A stretch of 64,000 nt of DNA, taken from Cirrosporium novae-zelandiae (taxonomy: Eukaryota). The DNA lies in assembly GCA_026023565.1 (NCBI GenBank), contig JAPETS010000013.1, forward strand, positions 434,001 to 498,000, read 5' to 3'. Positions 25,801 through 37,742 of the stretch are shown one piece after another. Numbering within the stretch: the stretch's first letter is position 1; each line of letters starts with the position of its first letter. The position numbers and the translations under genes were made by a program. The notes under the pieces are model-generated. The model did no database searches and was not told the origin of the DNA. It worked only from the letters and a program-made list of their open reading frames with translations.

Positions 25801-28496
25801 AGTTCAGGAACTGAGGCTTCTAATACAGGAACTGGGGCTTCAGGAATTAGCAGTTCAGGAACCACAGCTTCTAATACAGAAGCTGGGACCTCGGGAACCA
25901 AAGCTCCATCCAATACAAGCTCGTCAAGTGATTCCTCTGCAACAACTTCTCTCGCTAGTTCTACATGCTCTAATGGAACGACAACTACTGAATCATCGGG
26001 CGAACAGTTTTTGAATTACTGCCAAAGTGATTTAGAAGGCGACACAGTCCCAGGACATGATGGAACCCAAACACTACCTAGCTTCTCGGGCTGTATCTCT
26101 GCCTGTGCCAATTTTAATCTTGGCTCTCCTTCGAACCCTTGTGTCGGAATTGCCTTTGATAGAAAGCGCTCAATGTGCTATCTCAAAAAATCTTCTTCAC
26201 CTTCTCCTGAAGTGGTGACTGCTAATGTCCCTTGGGTTGATTCGGCTCTCTTGACTGGCATTGGTCCTATATCCCTTTCATCTAGTCCTTCCTCGAGCGG
26301 CACCCCATCTACAACAAGTAATTCTAAGAGCTCTAGTTTATCAACAACCGGCTCTAATTCGTCGCCGAGTACTTCCAAATCATCTATAGCCACCCAGTCA
26401 TCCACCACCAGTTCTAACAACTCCGGGTCATCTACGGCTTCCGGGTCATCTATAACCTCCGTGGCATCATCTACAACCTCCGGTTCTAATAACTCCGGTT
26501 CTAATAATTCCGGGTCATCTACAACTTCCGGTTTTAACGATTCTGGGTCATCTATAGCTTCCGGGTTAGGGACATCTACAACTTCTGGTTCTAATAATTC
26601 CGGGTCATCTACAACCTCCGGTTTTAACGATTCTGGGTCATCTACAGCTTCTGGGTCATCTACAACCTCCGGGTCATCTACAGCTTCCGAGTCATCTACA
26701 ACCTCTAAATCATCTACAACCTCCGGTTTTAACGATTCCGAGTTATCTACAACCTCTAAGTCATCTACTACACCTCCGCCATCGCCATCTCCACCAAGCA
26801 GGCTCTGTGCCGGAAATAATACTGGTAACACGGTTTACGGCTCTCCTGATAACGCCGCCTATGAGCTTGGATGTGGTTATGAGACTTATGGAGCGACCCT
26901 TTTCGTAACCACTCTCATCCCCACACTGCAAGATTGTATCAATAGTTGTTCCACGTGGAATACTGACCAAACCCACACGTCAAAGTGTGTGGCTGTTACT
27001 TTCACCGGTGGAGCGGGAAGTGGACACTGTTACTTGAAACAGGCAACAGGATTGTCTCCCGATAGTGGTATTGATTCTGCACAATTGAAATCTGCATTGG
27101 TGTCTGGTCCAAAAACCTGTCCAGGTGTTAGCGGGGAAACAATAATGTCAAATAGTAGCAACCCATATACAGTTTCTTGCTACACAAGCACAAGTGGAAC
27201 GGCCTTCAACAGTTTCCAAGGTAATGGCACTATCCAGAGTTGTATTGATGGCTGTTCAGCCTATAATTTAGTCCACAATGACATTTTTTGTGTTGCGGTC
27301 ACATTGGAGTTGAGCTCTGGACAATGCTCCATGCAGGGTACCACTGGCTATCAAACAATTGGTGCTAACACCAATGCCGCGTCAGCAACGCTAGTCAACG
27401 TGCCGCAGGTATTTTGTCCTGGGGGCAGTGGTAGCATCTTTAATTCCAAGGCTAGAGTTGGATATAACATCAACTGTGCAACCGGTACTTCAGGCGCCAC
27501 AATCACTACACAACAGGGTACCTCCATTCGTATCTGCATGAATATTTGTGACAGCTACACTTCGCAACATCCAACAACTCCTTGCCGGGCAGTTACATAT
27601 AGTAACAATGTTTGTTTCATCAAGTCAGGGGCCGGATTCAGCTCAGTTGGTGGCAGCCCAGGTTCAGACTCTGCTTCAATATCGGTTCCTCTGTTATTGT
27701 CCAGCCCAATTCTGTTAACTAGAAGCCCCAACAATTGGGCACTCGCTACTTTGCCGTTCAACATAATTGCCTTTGAGGCAGTTAGCTCGAACATAAATGT
27801 TTCCTTGAATGGCGTAAGTATTCCTCCTAGCCGTTAGATGATTCCGCTGAAAAGCAATCACAGATTATTGGTGTTAGCAACACCGGCAGTACGACACCAC
27901 CCCTTGCCAATGAGGCCCTATACAGTACCAAGCTACCCGTAACCGCTCTCGTGCCATATTGGGGCGATTACATCGCTTTTCAAGGTGTTACCGGCGGTGT
28001 TTACTACCAAGTTCACGCAGATTCAGCAGGTACTGCCAATAATGCAGTCTCGTTCGAATTTCTCCTTTCGAGCACTACGAATCCATCCCAAATTGATCAT
28101 TTCATCGTCTACTATCAGGCATCGAATCTAGCTCGGCCAGAGTACTTCTACTTCAACAGGACGGAGACCTCGAGCTCAGCGGTTGTTGGTATGCAGGGAA
28201 CTTGTAAGTACAAAGCAATGAACAAGACAAAAGAATGATGACTTTTTTTCGTCTTTTGTTCCCATCTACATTGTTGTACAGGTGACGAATTGCGGCTGAC
28301 TTCTGATATAGTTCCTCACATCAATGTCAATACTGTCTATATCGACCCTAATTCCCTAGGTCCAGGTTCTCACATCACCAATTATCTTAGGCTTAGGGGA
28401 AATGGGCCTTGGACTGTTAAAACTTTTAACCCGTCGAAATGTGGTCCGGCCCAATGGCCCAGCTGTCTTCCGGCACTTAAAGCTAGTGAGACGTAG
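19864..28496 (+). CDS. Giant secreted S/G/T-rich repeat protein (~2,789 aa) with six PAN/apple-like modules, 5 exons (19864-20000, 20050-20618, 20675-27813, 27864-28203, 28312-28496)
   Basis: Exons join in frame (8,370 nt) through canonical GT-AG introns. Signal peptide MRETRWKVLLFVLPLLSQAVG; an N-terminal Cys domain (GFVG..C..F.LQNGQL..G.I...F....G.L.W...F.NG.A.FC, resembling fungal DUF7908); six Cys-rich CxxxC...C...CY modules ending in DSA; a C-terminal nidogen/NIDO-like motif (LPF.I..F....I.VS.NG...LP...LVPYWGD). Confidence 0.85.
20780..22290 (+). repeat. Coding tandem array 1: 18-nt (S-[QKE]-S-[GSE]-G-[SP]) units, including near-identical 141-nt higher-order copies
   Basis: TCAAGCAAATCTGGAGGGG recurs at 20995, 21136 and 21277 (141-nt period) and again further downstream. 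Confidence 0.9.
23480..25910 (+). repeat. Coding tandem array 2: ~15-nt pentapeptide units (ASNTG / SSGTG / AETSG)
   Basis: Dozens of TCTAATACAGGA and TCAGGAAC words at about 15-nt multiples over ~2.4 kb. Confidence 0.9.
26390..26780 (+). repeat. Coding tandem array 3: SST[TA]SG hexapeptides mixed with SNNSG/FNDSG
   Basis: Repeated TCATCTACAACCTCCGG / TCATCTACAGCTTC words. Confidence 0.88.
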
Positions 28497-29518
28497 GGCG
28501 TGGAGGAACGGGGGGTGACATCCCCATAATCTTTCCTAAGGAAAGTGATGAGTTTGAGTGTAGAATCAATCATCCACATCAATTCAGGATGATTATTGTT
28601 TTTTTGTTTTTTTTTAAAAAAGTTAAGAAGTAAGCTTAAAAAATATTTGTTTGCATTTCGGGTGTGGCCAAAATTGTGATCGATTGGTTGATTGGTTGGT
28701 CGATTGTGCTTATAAGATTTGTTAATCGGTTGGCATGGGACGAAATTCTGGAATAATAAAGGGAAAAGCAAGAAAGAAGGAATTAATAAGGTGGGAGAAA
28801 GGTGTTTGTGTGTCTGTGTGCGTGCCTGCATGGTTGTTTTAATTCTTGACATAAGTACTAAGGATAGTAGTAGCTGATTAGCTGATGCCTGGTTTTATAC
28901 TCTCAATGGAATGGAATTGCGAGAAGCGTATCATGTTGATTTCTACACAGTCGTAGCGTAGGATAAAGTCGGTGTTGTTGGTTGACCTCATCTTTGATAG
29001 CGTAGCCGGAGTTGTGGGTCGAGGTCCTTGATGGTGACAAGTACTTTGTATGTTTTATAAGCCTTACGGGGCCTTACGGTTTTATCCGAAGGAAAGTCCG
29101 AGAGATTTCCGGTTCCTTGGCCGCCTCAGGCACCTCAGCCCTACAGGAGCCCTCCAGGGACCGTCCACCCACACCGAAATATCAAATATCACCGGAGAGA
29201 TCAAAACCTTTGGATTCTTCCCACAAGCTTGAAAGCTTAGCTAATGTATATTTGACAAAAGTATCTGCTATTCCGCTAAATCATATCTCCTTTTGCCCAT
29301 TCTTTTCGGTTCTTAGCATCCCCCATGTGGATACTTTCTACTTATCTGGAAAAGAGTACTCAACATGATGAATGTTGGATCCACCGACCAGAACCTAAAA
29401 CAATTTTCAACTCGCCATGAGAGATAGCATTTGCTGTAATATATAAATGTTTTAGGATCCCTTCGATGGCCTAGGCTGTTCTCCAGCATACCACACCCGA
29501 CAAATTGAGCAAATCAAG

Positions 29519-30957
29519 ATGGCATTCTTTTCTGCCCATCACGATTGCATCAATGCATCTCAAGGTTCAGGTTTATCGGATGGGGATAAAACTCCAATAC
29601 AGGATGGAGCTCAAATACCGGTAGTTGAACTCCCCGACCGAGATGATTTTGAGAAACATAACCACGGGTGGAGAATGGTGGTCAGGAATTTCCATCCCGG
29701 GTCAGTATTAAAAGTATAACCATCCTATTGGCAACATCAAAGGGCTGACATCTCCCCAAGGTTTTTCGGGGTGAATATGGGCACCGGAATCTGCTCTACG
29801 CTAGTGAGCAGCCTTCCCTACGACGGAGAATGGATCTACTATGTTTCCATGATAATGTGGTGTCTCAACATACTCCTTTTCTGTATTTTTATTGGCATAT
29901 CCCTTATTAGATATATCATGTACCCAGAAATCATCAGTGCTATCTTCCGCAATCCAAACCATGCAATATTCCTGGGAACTTTCCCCATGGCTCTGACGAC
30001 CATTGAAAACCTGATGGTATTCGTGTGGACCTCCCATTCGGAATACTGGGGCATCTGGATCGTGTATCTCGCGTGGGTTTGCTGGTGGATTGATGCATTC
30101 ATTTCCGCTGCATTGTGTTTCTATGTGCCGTATTTGATGTATGCATTAGAAGAGTCCCTCCACACACGTAGTCTTGATCGCTACTTAGAAGCTAACCTGA
30201 TCTTAGAATGACCAACGATCGTGTCAGCCATCTCACACATATGTCAGCTGCATGGCTTCTGCCAATCGCGCCAACGGTCGTTGCTGCTTCATCCGGCGCT
30301 ATTGTCGCATCCGCACTACCTAATCCCCACCACGCCTTCACGACGATCATCTTCAGCTATGTCCTCTGGGGCATCGGCATGTCCATGTCCTTCATCGTAA
30401 TCGGAGTCTACTTCCACAGACTAGCAGTGCACAAGCTCCCCGCGCGAAAACTCATGGCAACAGTATTCTTCCCCATCGGCCCCACCGGATCCGGAACATT
30501 TGCGATCCAGAGACTCGGATCCGACGCCCGGGAAATCCTACCCCGCATCTCGGACTCCGGAAAAATGGCCGGCGAGATTCTCTACGTCGTCGGCCTGCTC
30601 ATGGGGCTCCTGATCTGGGGCTTCGCGCTGTGCTGGCTCGTCTACGGCCTCGTCGCTGTATACATGACCCGCCGATTCCCTTTCAATATGGGCTGGTGGA
30701 CATTTGTATTCCCCTTTGGCGCATACACAACTGGAACCGTACAGCTGGGTAAGGGGCTTCCGAGCTCGTTTTTCACCGTCGTGGGCTTGATCTGGACCAT
30801 CTGCACCGTGCTGGTTTGGCTGCTGGTCAGCGCAGGTACCGTAAGGGGTTTGATTACTGGAAAGGCTCTCGCAGATCCTGTTTTGGAGGACCTACGTCCG
30901 GAAATGACGTTGCCAAAGGAGGGAAGGGAAGAGAAGCCGAGGCTCGGTGAGGCTTGA
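29519..30957 (+). CDS. TDT/SLAC1-family transporter (Ssu1 sulfite efflux / Mae1 C4-dicarboxylate-like), 3 exons (introns 29701-29760, ~30139-30207)
   Basis: GWRMVVRNFHP/GFFGVNMGTGI, FLGTFPMAL.TI, AAWLLPIAP.VVAASSG, RLAVHKLP, FFPIGP.G.G, FPFNMGWW.FVFP.G; about 10 hydrophobic segments. Confidence 0.9.
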
Positions 30958-31811
30958 CTAGAGGGGAAAGAGAAAACTTATCGTTGACGCGAACCCGGAT
31001 GAAATCGCGCCGAGGGAGACAGCATCACGGCTTGAGAATCCTGCTCTCGCGCCCCTAAACTAATCCAAGTCATGGAGACGCCCAGATTTACCTAACCCGC
31101 CAAAACACACCCCCCCCTCCTTTCACTTATTTATAAACACCCTCCCCCTCCACACACCCACATACACCACTCCCTCCCTCCCTCCCCCATTCAACAGTAT
31201 CTCCTACCCATTATAACAAAAAGAAGACATATCTCCCACTCAAAAACAAAAAACGCCCCCATTTTTTTACGAAATGAACCAGGGCGTTCTTTTGTGGTAT
31301 GAGATGATTGCTTGGGTAGTTGGGTAGGAGCGGGGCTGTTGAGGCTTAGGCTTGGATAATGGATTTATTTACTAGGCTTGGGGGTTGGGAATGGGAATGG
31401 AATAGGTGGGTGGGTGTTCCTGCATTGGAGGATTTTGTGATGGTTGGGGAAGAGGGGTTTTTGGGGATTTATTTTATGTTTTGGGTTGGCGGATTGTATT
31501 GATATAGATATAGATATAGATATAGACAGAGGGGGAGAGAGAGATGGAAACTAATAGATTAGATTAGATTATAATTAATAATACTTTTTATCTGATGATG
31601 ATATATATTCCAAGAGGAAATAGGTGGGTGGATAGATGGACATCTGAATGAATTGTGCCTATAAACTTGACTTGACTTGGTTTCATTATATCAACGGGGG
31701 AAAATAACTTTTTGTTAATATTTGACATCTATATAAATCTTTATTCATAACTGTCATCAACCCCAACAGCTCTTTCCTTGATTGCCTTATCTCCGAGATA
31801 GATACCTTTTC

Positions 31812-33270
31812 CTATTTTTTTTTCTCCTCGTCATGAATACAATCCTGCAGGACCACAATCCCGTAGGGATCTCTATCTCGTTCGCTGACCTCCACGCTCA
31901 CATCCCCATCATTCAGCGCCTCGTCCCACTCCTCGTTTCCCTCCTCCTCTTCCCTCACATCCTGCCACTGTTCCCTCAGCTCGCTTTCCAACTGCTCTCT
32001 CAGAACCGAATTCAAGAATCCTCTTTCCGTGTTGGAATGGAATAGCGTTATCACGGCCTGGCCCTTTTCTGTGGCTGCTAATGCTTCGTGGTGGCTTAGC
32101 TCGCCCGTGAATAGTAAATCGACGTCTAGGTCTCGGAGGATCGAGCCTCCGGATCCGGCGCAGATTCCTACGGTCTTGATGCTCATGTCTTCGACTTGTT
32201 TGTTTTGGGGTATGGCTACTGGGAATCCTTTAGGGGTGCCGACTCCTCGGGCGACGCGCTCAATTAGGTGTGTGAGAGGTTGGGGGTCAGTGAAGGTGAC
32301 AATGCGTCCATATCCAGCGCCTTCGAAGCCTTCTATTTCTGCGGCCGGTTGAATAACGCATCGAGTATGATCCGCAGATGAGCTACACAATAAATGGTCA
32401 GCGATAAGCCAAAAAATAAATCTGGGAAGAGGTAATACGGGTGTAAGTCCGTCTGATCCCATTCTGCTGGAGCGATTGGATATGTCGGGCGTGAATAATT
32501 TCTTTTTATTGGTTGCTGGTTCTCAGATGGAGGTTCCGGGGATTCCTCTGTAAATGGGTCGTCCAGTTGGGAGCTCGCTGATTGAAAGGCTGTAGATGAA
32601 GCTCCTGAAACATTCGCCGTTTTTGTTTCAGGTTCTGGCTCGCTGAGCTTTCCCGTGACGATGTCGCATAGCCAGTCGTTTACACCGCCTGGCGCAGCAT
32701 CTACGGCGGTGTGAGGAGAGTAAACACTTATGCCTTCGAGGGCAAGTCGTAAAAGAGATTGTTGCTGTGGGTCGGAGAGAGTAAGGGATTTGAGACCGCG
32801 AAAAATAATGGGATCTGTTGGGAATTAAATGACGGTTTGTTAAATAAAAGGAGAGTGATGGGTATGCTCACGGTATGCAACAACGACGCTGTCTTTGCGC
32901 TCAATGGCTTCTTCGGCCACAGCTTGAGTGAGGTCGATTGTAAGGAGAACAGAGTTATTTTGACGTCTAGAGGGGTAGAATGGTGCTTCTAGCAGTACTA
33001 GGAAGAATGGGTTAGTCTACAAACACGAAAAGGGGAAATGGTAAGAGATGTCCTTACTCACAACCAGTGTTGTCAAAGCTCTTGTCTGCCAATGCTTCGG
33101 GATACCTGACAGAAGCAGGATATTAGCTCATTTGTCTTGGAAGGGTCTTTTAGGTTGAAGTAAACATACAGCTTCCTCATAGAGTTTACCACGGCCCTGG
33201 TGAAGGGGGAGGACTGGTGGATAGTAGGTGAAGTCATTGTAAATAGACGTCGTACTGAAGCTCTAAACAT
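31812..33270 (-). CDS. NIF3: Nif3 / DUF34 family protein, 5 exons
   Basis: YPEALADKSFDNTG/LLLE, LLTIDLT, VVAYH/PIIFRGLK, SVYSPHTAVDA..GGVNDWL, GAGYGR, GICAGSGGS, TGELSHHEAL, HSNTERGFL, SERDRDP. Confidence 0.93.
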
Positions 33271-33562
33271 AGGTAGCTTAGCAAGCTGGGCGAGGATATC
33301 AATAGACAAGATCAGCAAAGAGGACATGCCCAGATGTGGATAACCGTCATCCCAACTGTTCTTGGTAATAAGGGTGGATCGGTTCATTTAAGGTTAGCAA
33401 AGCTTACTGTGATAGGCTTACCGATAGGTCCAACATTGCATCATCCCGCAAATTCTTCCCACCAGTTCATCATTTCTGATTTCTTTAATTACATTCTCTC
33501 TACCATAGTATTTTTTTTTCATATCCACTTGTAGTACAACCCCTGATCACTTTTCATCCATC

Positions 33563-33932
33563 ATGAGTGCGGAAACAGATAATCAAGCTGCTACTGTCGC
33601 CAGCGAAACTGGCATCACATCTGAGACCCTGAAGGCTTCTCTCATTGAAAGGCTCCAAGCCCAATACGTCGAGATTGAGGATATTTCTGGTAGGACCAGT
33701 TCTCTCAAAACTTTAACCGATTATTCCATGCTCACTGTTTCTGAATAAAGGTGGCTGTGGTCAAGCATTTGAAGCCATAATAGTGTCGCCTCTGTTCTCC
33801 AAAAAGACTACCCTCGCCAGACACCGGCTCGTTAACACTGCCCTAAAAGCTGAAATAGCCGCAATTCATGCGTGGACACCAAAATGCTTCACGCCCGAGG
33901 AATGGGAGAAGAAGAAAGCCACACAGCAGTAA
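33563..33932 (+). CDS. BolA-family protein (Bol2/Fra2-like), 2 exons (intron 33689-33750)
   Basis: [52 protein letters not shown]. Confidence 0.93.
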
Positions 33933-34634
33933 AATCCCTGGGATTATCCAATGTTTGTGATATATGTGACATTAATGGGCTCGAACCCGATGGACATTAC
34001 AATCCTCTCAGAAGGAGGCTCTGGCCTGCCATAACCTCGACTACTATTATATAATCCTCTCCTCTGGGATTGCGACACACGAAAGATCCAAACGGCGTAT
34101 ATAGCCGAGCCACTCGATGTGTGCCTACTACTCTAAAGGGAGGGTTTTGAATCCATTCCCATGCAAAGTCTACGGCATCTAGGCCATTTCCAGCTTTCCT
34201 TAGGTTTATCTAAAGTGGTACCAGGAACCCCCCCCTAAAAGCTACATTTAGAGGATGGCACGATATTAGGATTGTGTCCGTTTCTTGGTGAATATCGTGA
34301 TGGGGAGTGCAGTTGATAGGATGATACAAACAGATAGAATATTCAAGTGGGCCTGGACCGGTTCTAGCCGTCTAACCATTTGTTTTTCTTGTGACATTTA
34401 TTAACAATAATTAACCGAAGCAAATTTTGATTTTTTAATAATTAGTAGTTGTAAACGAAACTTAGAGTGGCTACAGTAAGAGCCTTCAAGCCTAAATGAT
34501 GAAAACTTGGCGGGCAATTGGAAAGTCTTGTATAATAAATTTGCTGCAAAGAGACCTGCAAGGAGACCAATGCAACCTTGGGTCAGAATAGCTTATTAAG
34601 AAAGCGGTAGATGATTTCCCTGCTTGTAAGAAAT

Positions 34635-35462
34635 CTAACCTAGCACCTTCTCAGCTGCCGATACTGCAATGCCCCATATGTTAGTTACAGTGTCCCTAGT
34701 ACTAAAAATGTATACATACCATTGATTCCAGTATTATCAGGCTCAACGTGGGCCTCTTTAACCTTCCCGCCCTCTATAAGGAGAGCATATCTCTTGCTCC
34801 TGGGACCACCAAAGATGGCAGAACCGTCAAAGGAAAGATCCAGGGCCTCCGTGAATTTGCATGTAGGATCGCCTAAGAAGCGGATCTATAGAATGCTATT
34901 AGTTCTGGTCGGTTCTTAAGAAACTGGAGCTGTTGCATACACCACTTTTGCTTGAAGGGTCGAGAGCCTGGCCCCATGCCTTCATCCTATTGTTCGAGTT
35001 AATTTAAAGCTAATCGGGGGGTTAGATGGTGGAGTAATTTACACAAAAGCATCATTGACTGAAACAACAAATACTTGACCAGCATCCTTGAGCTTTGAAT
35101 GGTTTATATAGCCAGGAATGTGGGAATTGGAGCACCCAGGGCCTTTCCAGGAGGGCAATGGGTTAGCCACGGAGGTCCCAAAATTTAATCAAAGACAGCA
35201 AAATAGCAAAGCAAATATGATGGTAAAAATTCTAGTACTCACTGAAAGCAGCAGGCACCCCCACAATCAACCCCTTTCCAGTCAACTCTTTTGCAAGATT
35301 GATCTTATTTCCCGGTGACCCCTCCATTAAAACCTCCATGTCTGGAAGGGATTGGCCTGCTTGAACCATTGTTGGGAGTGTAGAATGGAATTGGCGTGTT
35401 CGGATAGCTTTGGTAGGTAGATGTTGAGAGAGTATTGTCAGACGAGAACGAGCTGCAAACAT
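34635..35462 (-). CDS. Prx5-type peroxiredoxin (AhpC/TSA) with mitochondrial-like presequence, 5 exons
   Basis: GVPAAF/SPGCSNSHIPGY (peroxidatic Cys), VVSVNDAFV/MKAWG, IRFLGDP, FGGPRSKRYAL, VEPDNTG.N/VSAAEKVLG*. Confidence 0.93.
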
Positions 35463-36365
35463 GATGAGAAGGGGTGGATGGGTAGAAGAAGAATGGTTAT
35501 TATATCATATGATGTGGTAGGTTACAAGGAGGTTGTACAGTCTTTGGTTGAGCTCCAATTGATTTCGCTGCTTGAGAGCTGTACTACTGTATCTAATTGT
35601 TATGACGTAAAGAGCATATGCGGGGGATATACACAGTATTATTGGATAGCCTTAGGCACCGAGCGTACTTGGGGCAGGTAATAATGAAACAATAAGACGT
35701 GAAGTAGGGCGCCTCCTCTTTCATGGCAATAAATAGATACATGCATCTACTACCTACAGTATTATCTATAGAATAGATGTTTTAAGAGCCGCCGTGAACA
35801 ATTCCAAAATATCTATCTCGGTGCCTGGAGGTTGCTGGAGCAGCGGCCTACCTTATTTGGGGATAGGCGGGAGCTGGCGGATAAGCTATTCTGAAACAAT
35901 ATCAGCGTATCTAAGCGTGCACTTGTGATACTTGTGATACCGTTGTATTGTATTTGGTTGGAAATCATTGAATGATTGGATTGGAATGACGTAGAACAGG
36001 GATACAACAATACAAGGATAAAAACATACAGGGATGCTGTGTCTGAATGTTAAAAAGTCGCATCACCAATCCATGGCTGCCATTCCTGATCTTCCGATTC
36101 CGAGAGAAAAAGAGGCAAGAGGCCTTGCTTTCTACCACAGAACTGTTTATATCTGACATCAATCCCAATAACAATTCCTCTTTTCTTTCAACCTTCGCTG
36201 TGTGATTTTACCTAATCCCTTTCCTTTGCTACAGTACATCCTGTGTTGTCTTCCCCACCTTTCACTCCACTATCACCGCTACCACCACTACCACCACTAC
36301 CATCACCATACCCCAACAAACAATCTGCTATAATCTACCATAGCCTCCAAATAATCATCGCAACA

Positions 36366-37031
36366 ATGGGAAACATCCTCAAACTCGCTCTCCGGGGATT
36401 GGAGGTATCTCTAAAATTCTTTTCATACCTCTAAATACCACTCACTAACTCTTCTGCCCTCATAGTTCCTTTGGACGCTCTTAATCATGGCCCTGGTAGG
36501 CAACATGATTGCTAGCGCTTTTGCCGGCAACCCTTCCATTATTAACTACGACATGTTCGTAGCCGTCTTCGCAATGCTCTCATTGTTCTATTTGATTGCG
36601 GCCGATTATAGTGAATCCTTCATTATTCATCCTATGATTATGTTGGGTGTGGATGCCTTAAACACCATCTTCTTCTTTTGCGGAGCTGTAGCTATGGCAG
36701 CCAAGTTGCAGGTCCATAGCTGCTCAAATGAGGTAAGTCGACTTCAACACTTTCCTTTCATCCATACATTCGTCTCGGCTCTCCCCAATTACATCAATCC
36801 CAACTGACGACTTTCCTCCAGTCTTATACCTCCACCAATAGCATAACCAATGGCGCTAGCAACACTGAAAAGCGCTGTCGTGAAGCTCAAGCCTCTACCG
36901 CTTTCCTTTGGTTTGGCTTCGCTTGTTTCGCTACCTCTCTCATCCTCACTATTCTCGGCGCCCGCAGTTCCAGCATCAATATGCGTTCTGGTGGTATTAG
37001 GAGAGGAGGCCCTGCTATGAGTCAAGTTTAA
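36366..37031 (+). CDS. NCE102: Nce102/Fhn1 MARVEL tetraspan protein, 3 exons
   Basis: LALRGLE/FLWTLLIMALVGNMIA, NPSIINYDMFV, VHSCSN, TNSITNG...KRCREAQASTAFLWF, GPAMSQV*. Confidence 0.93.
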
Positions 37032-37742
37032 AGACACTGAGACGTTGAATGTAATCACGATGTGACTTTGTGCTATGATTTCATTGGGTACCTGGATTAT
37101 GATGTCATTGGTTGTAGATTGGGATTGGGAACTGGGGCTGACGGTTGGTATTCGCTTTTTTGGGAAGGGTGAGGGATATTAGGTTGCTGTGAACTGGCCA
37201 GGGCGTTTCTTTGACTTGGAACGAAATGAAAAAAAAAAAGAATTTGCAATGGACGACGTATGACGGAAACGGATTTGTTTATTGATCAATGACGTGATGC
37301 TGGTCAGTATGCCATCCCTCTCTACATATACATATATGGAACGTCACTGGTAAAATCACACCAACCCTAAGCCCATCTCATGCTTGAATCCTCGAAACGA
37401 ACAGGTTTTTTGATTGAGTATAAGCGAACTTGATGTCGGCAGGTTGGTTGGTTCTCTTGATAATGTGTATGATTAGTCGTTCTATTATGCTGTGCATGAA
37501 CTATCTAATAAATATTTATATGAAAATGGACCTCCCCCTTTTGTTGATTTAAAGTATATAGGATTATTGTTGTAGTTGCTTTGTTCCCCCCCCCCCTTCT
37601 CTTACATCTAATATTTTACAAGCTTTTAGTTATTTGATAGCTATAGGCTTAGCTTCATTTCTATTTTAGGGTATCTATCTTTTATTTTCTTCTAAAAAGT
37701 CCTCGTCCATCTCTTTTATATACACCTTTCTGTCCCTTTCTC

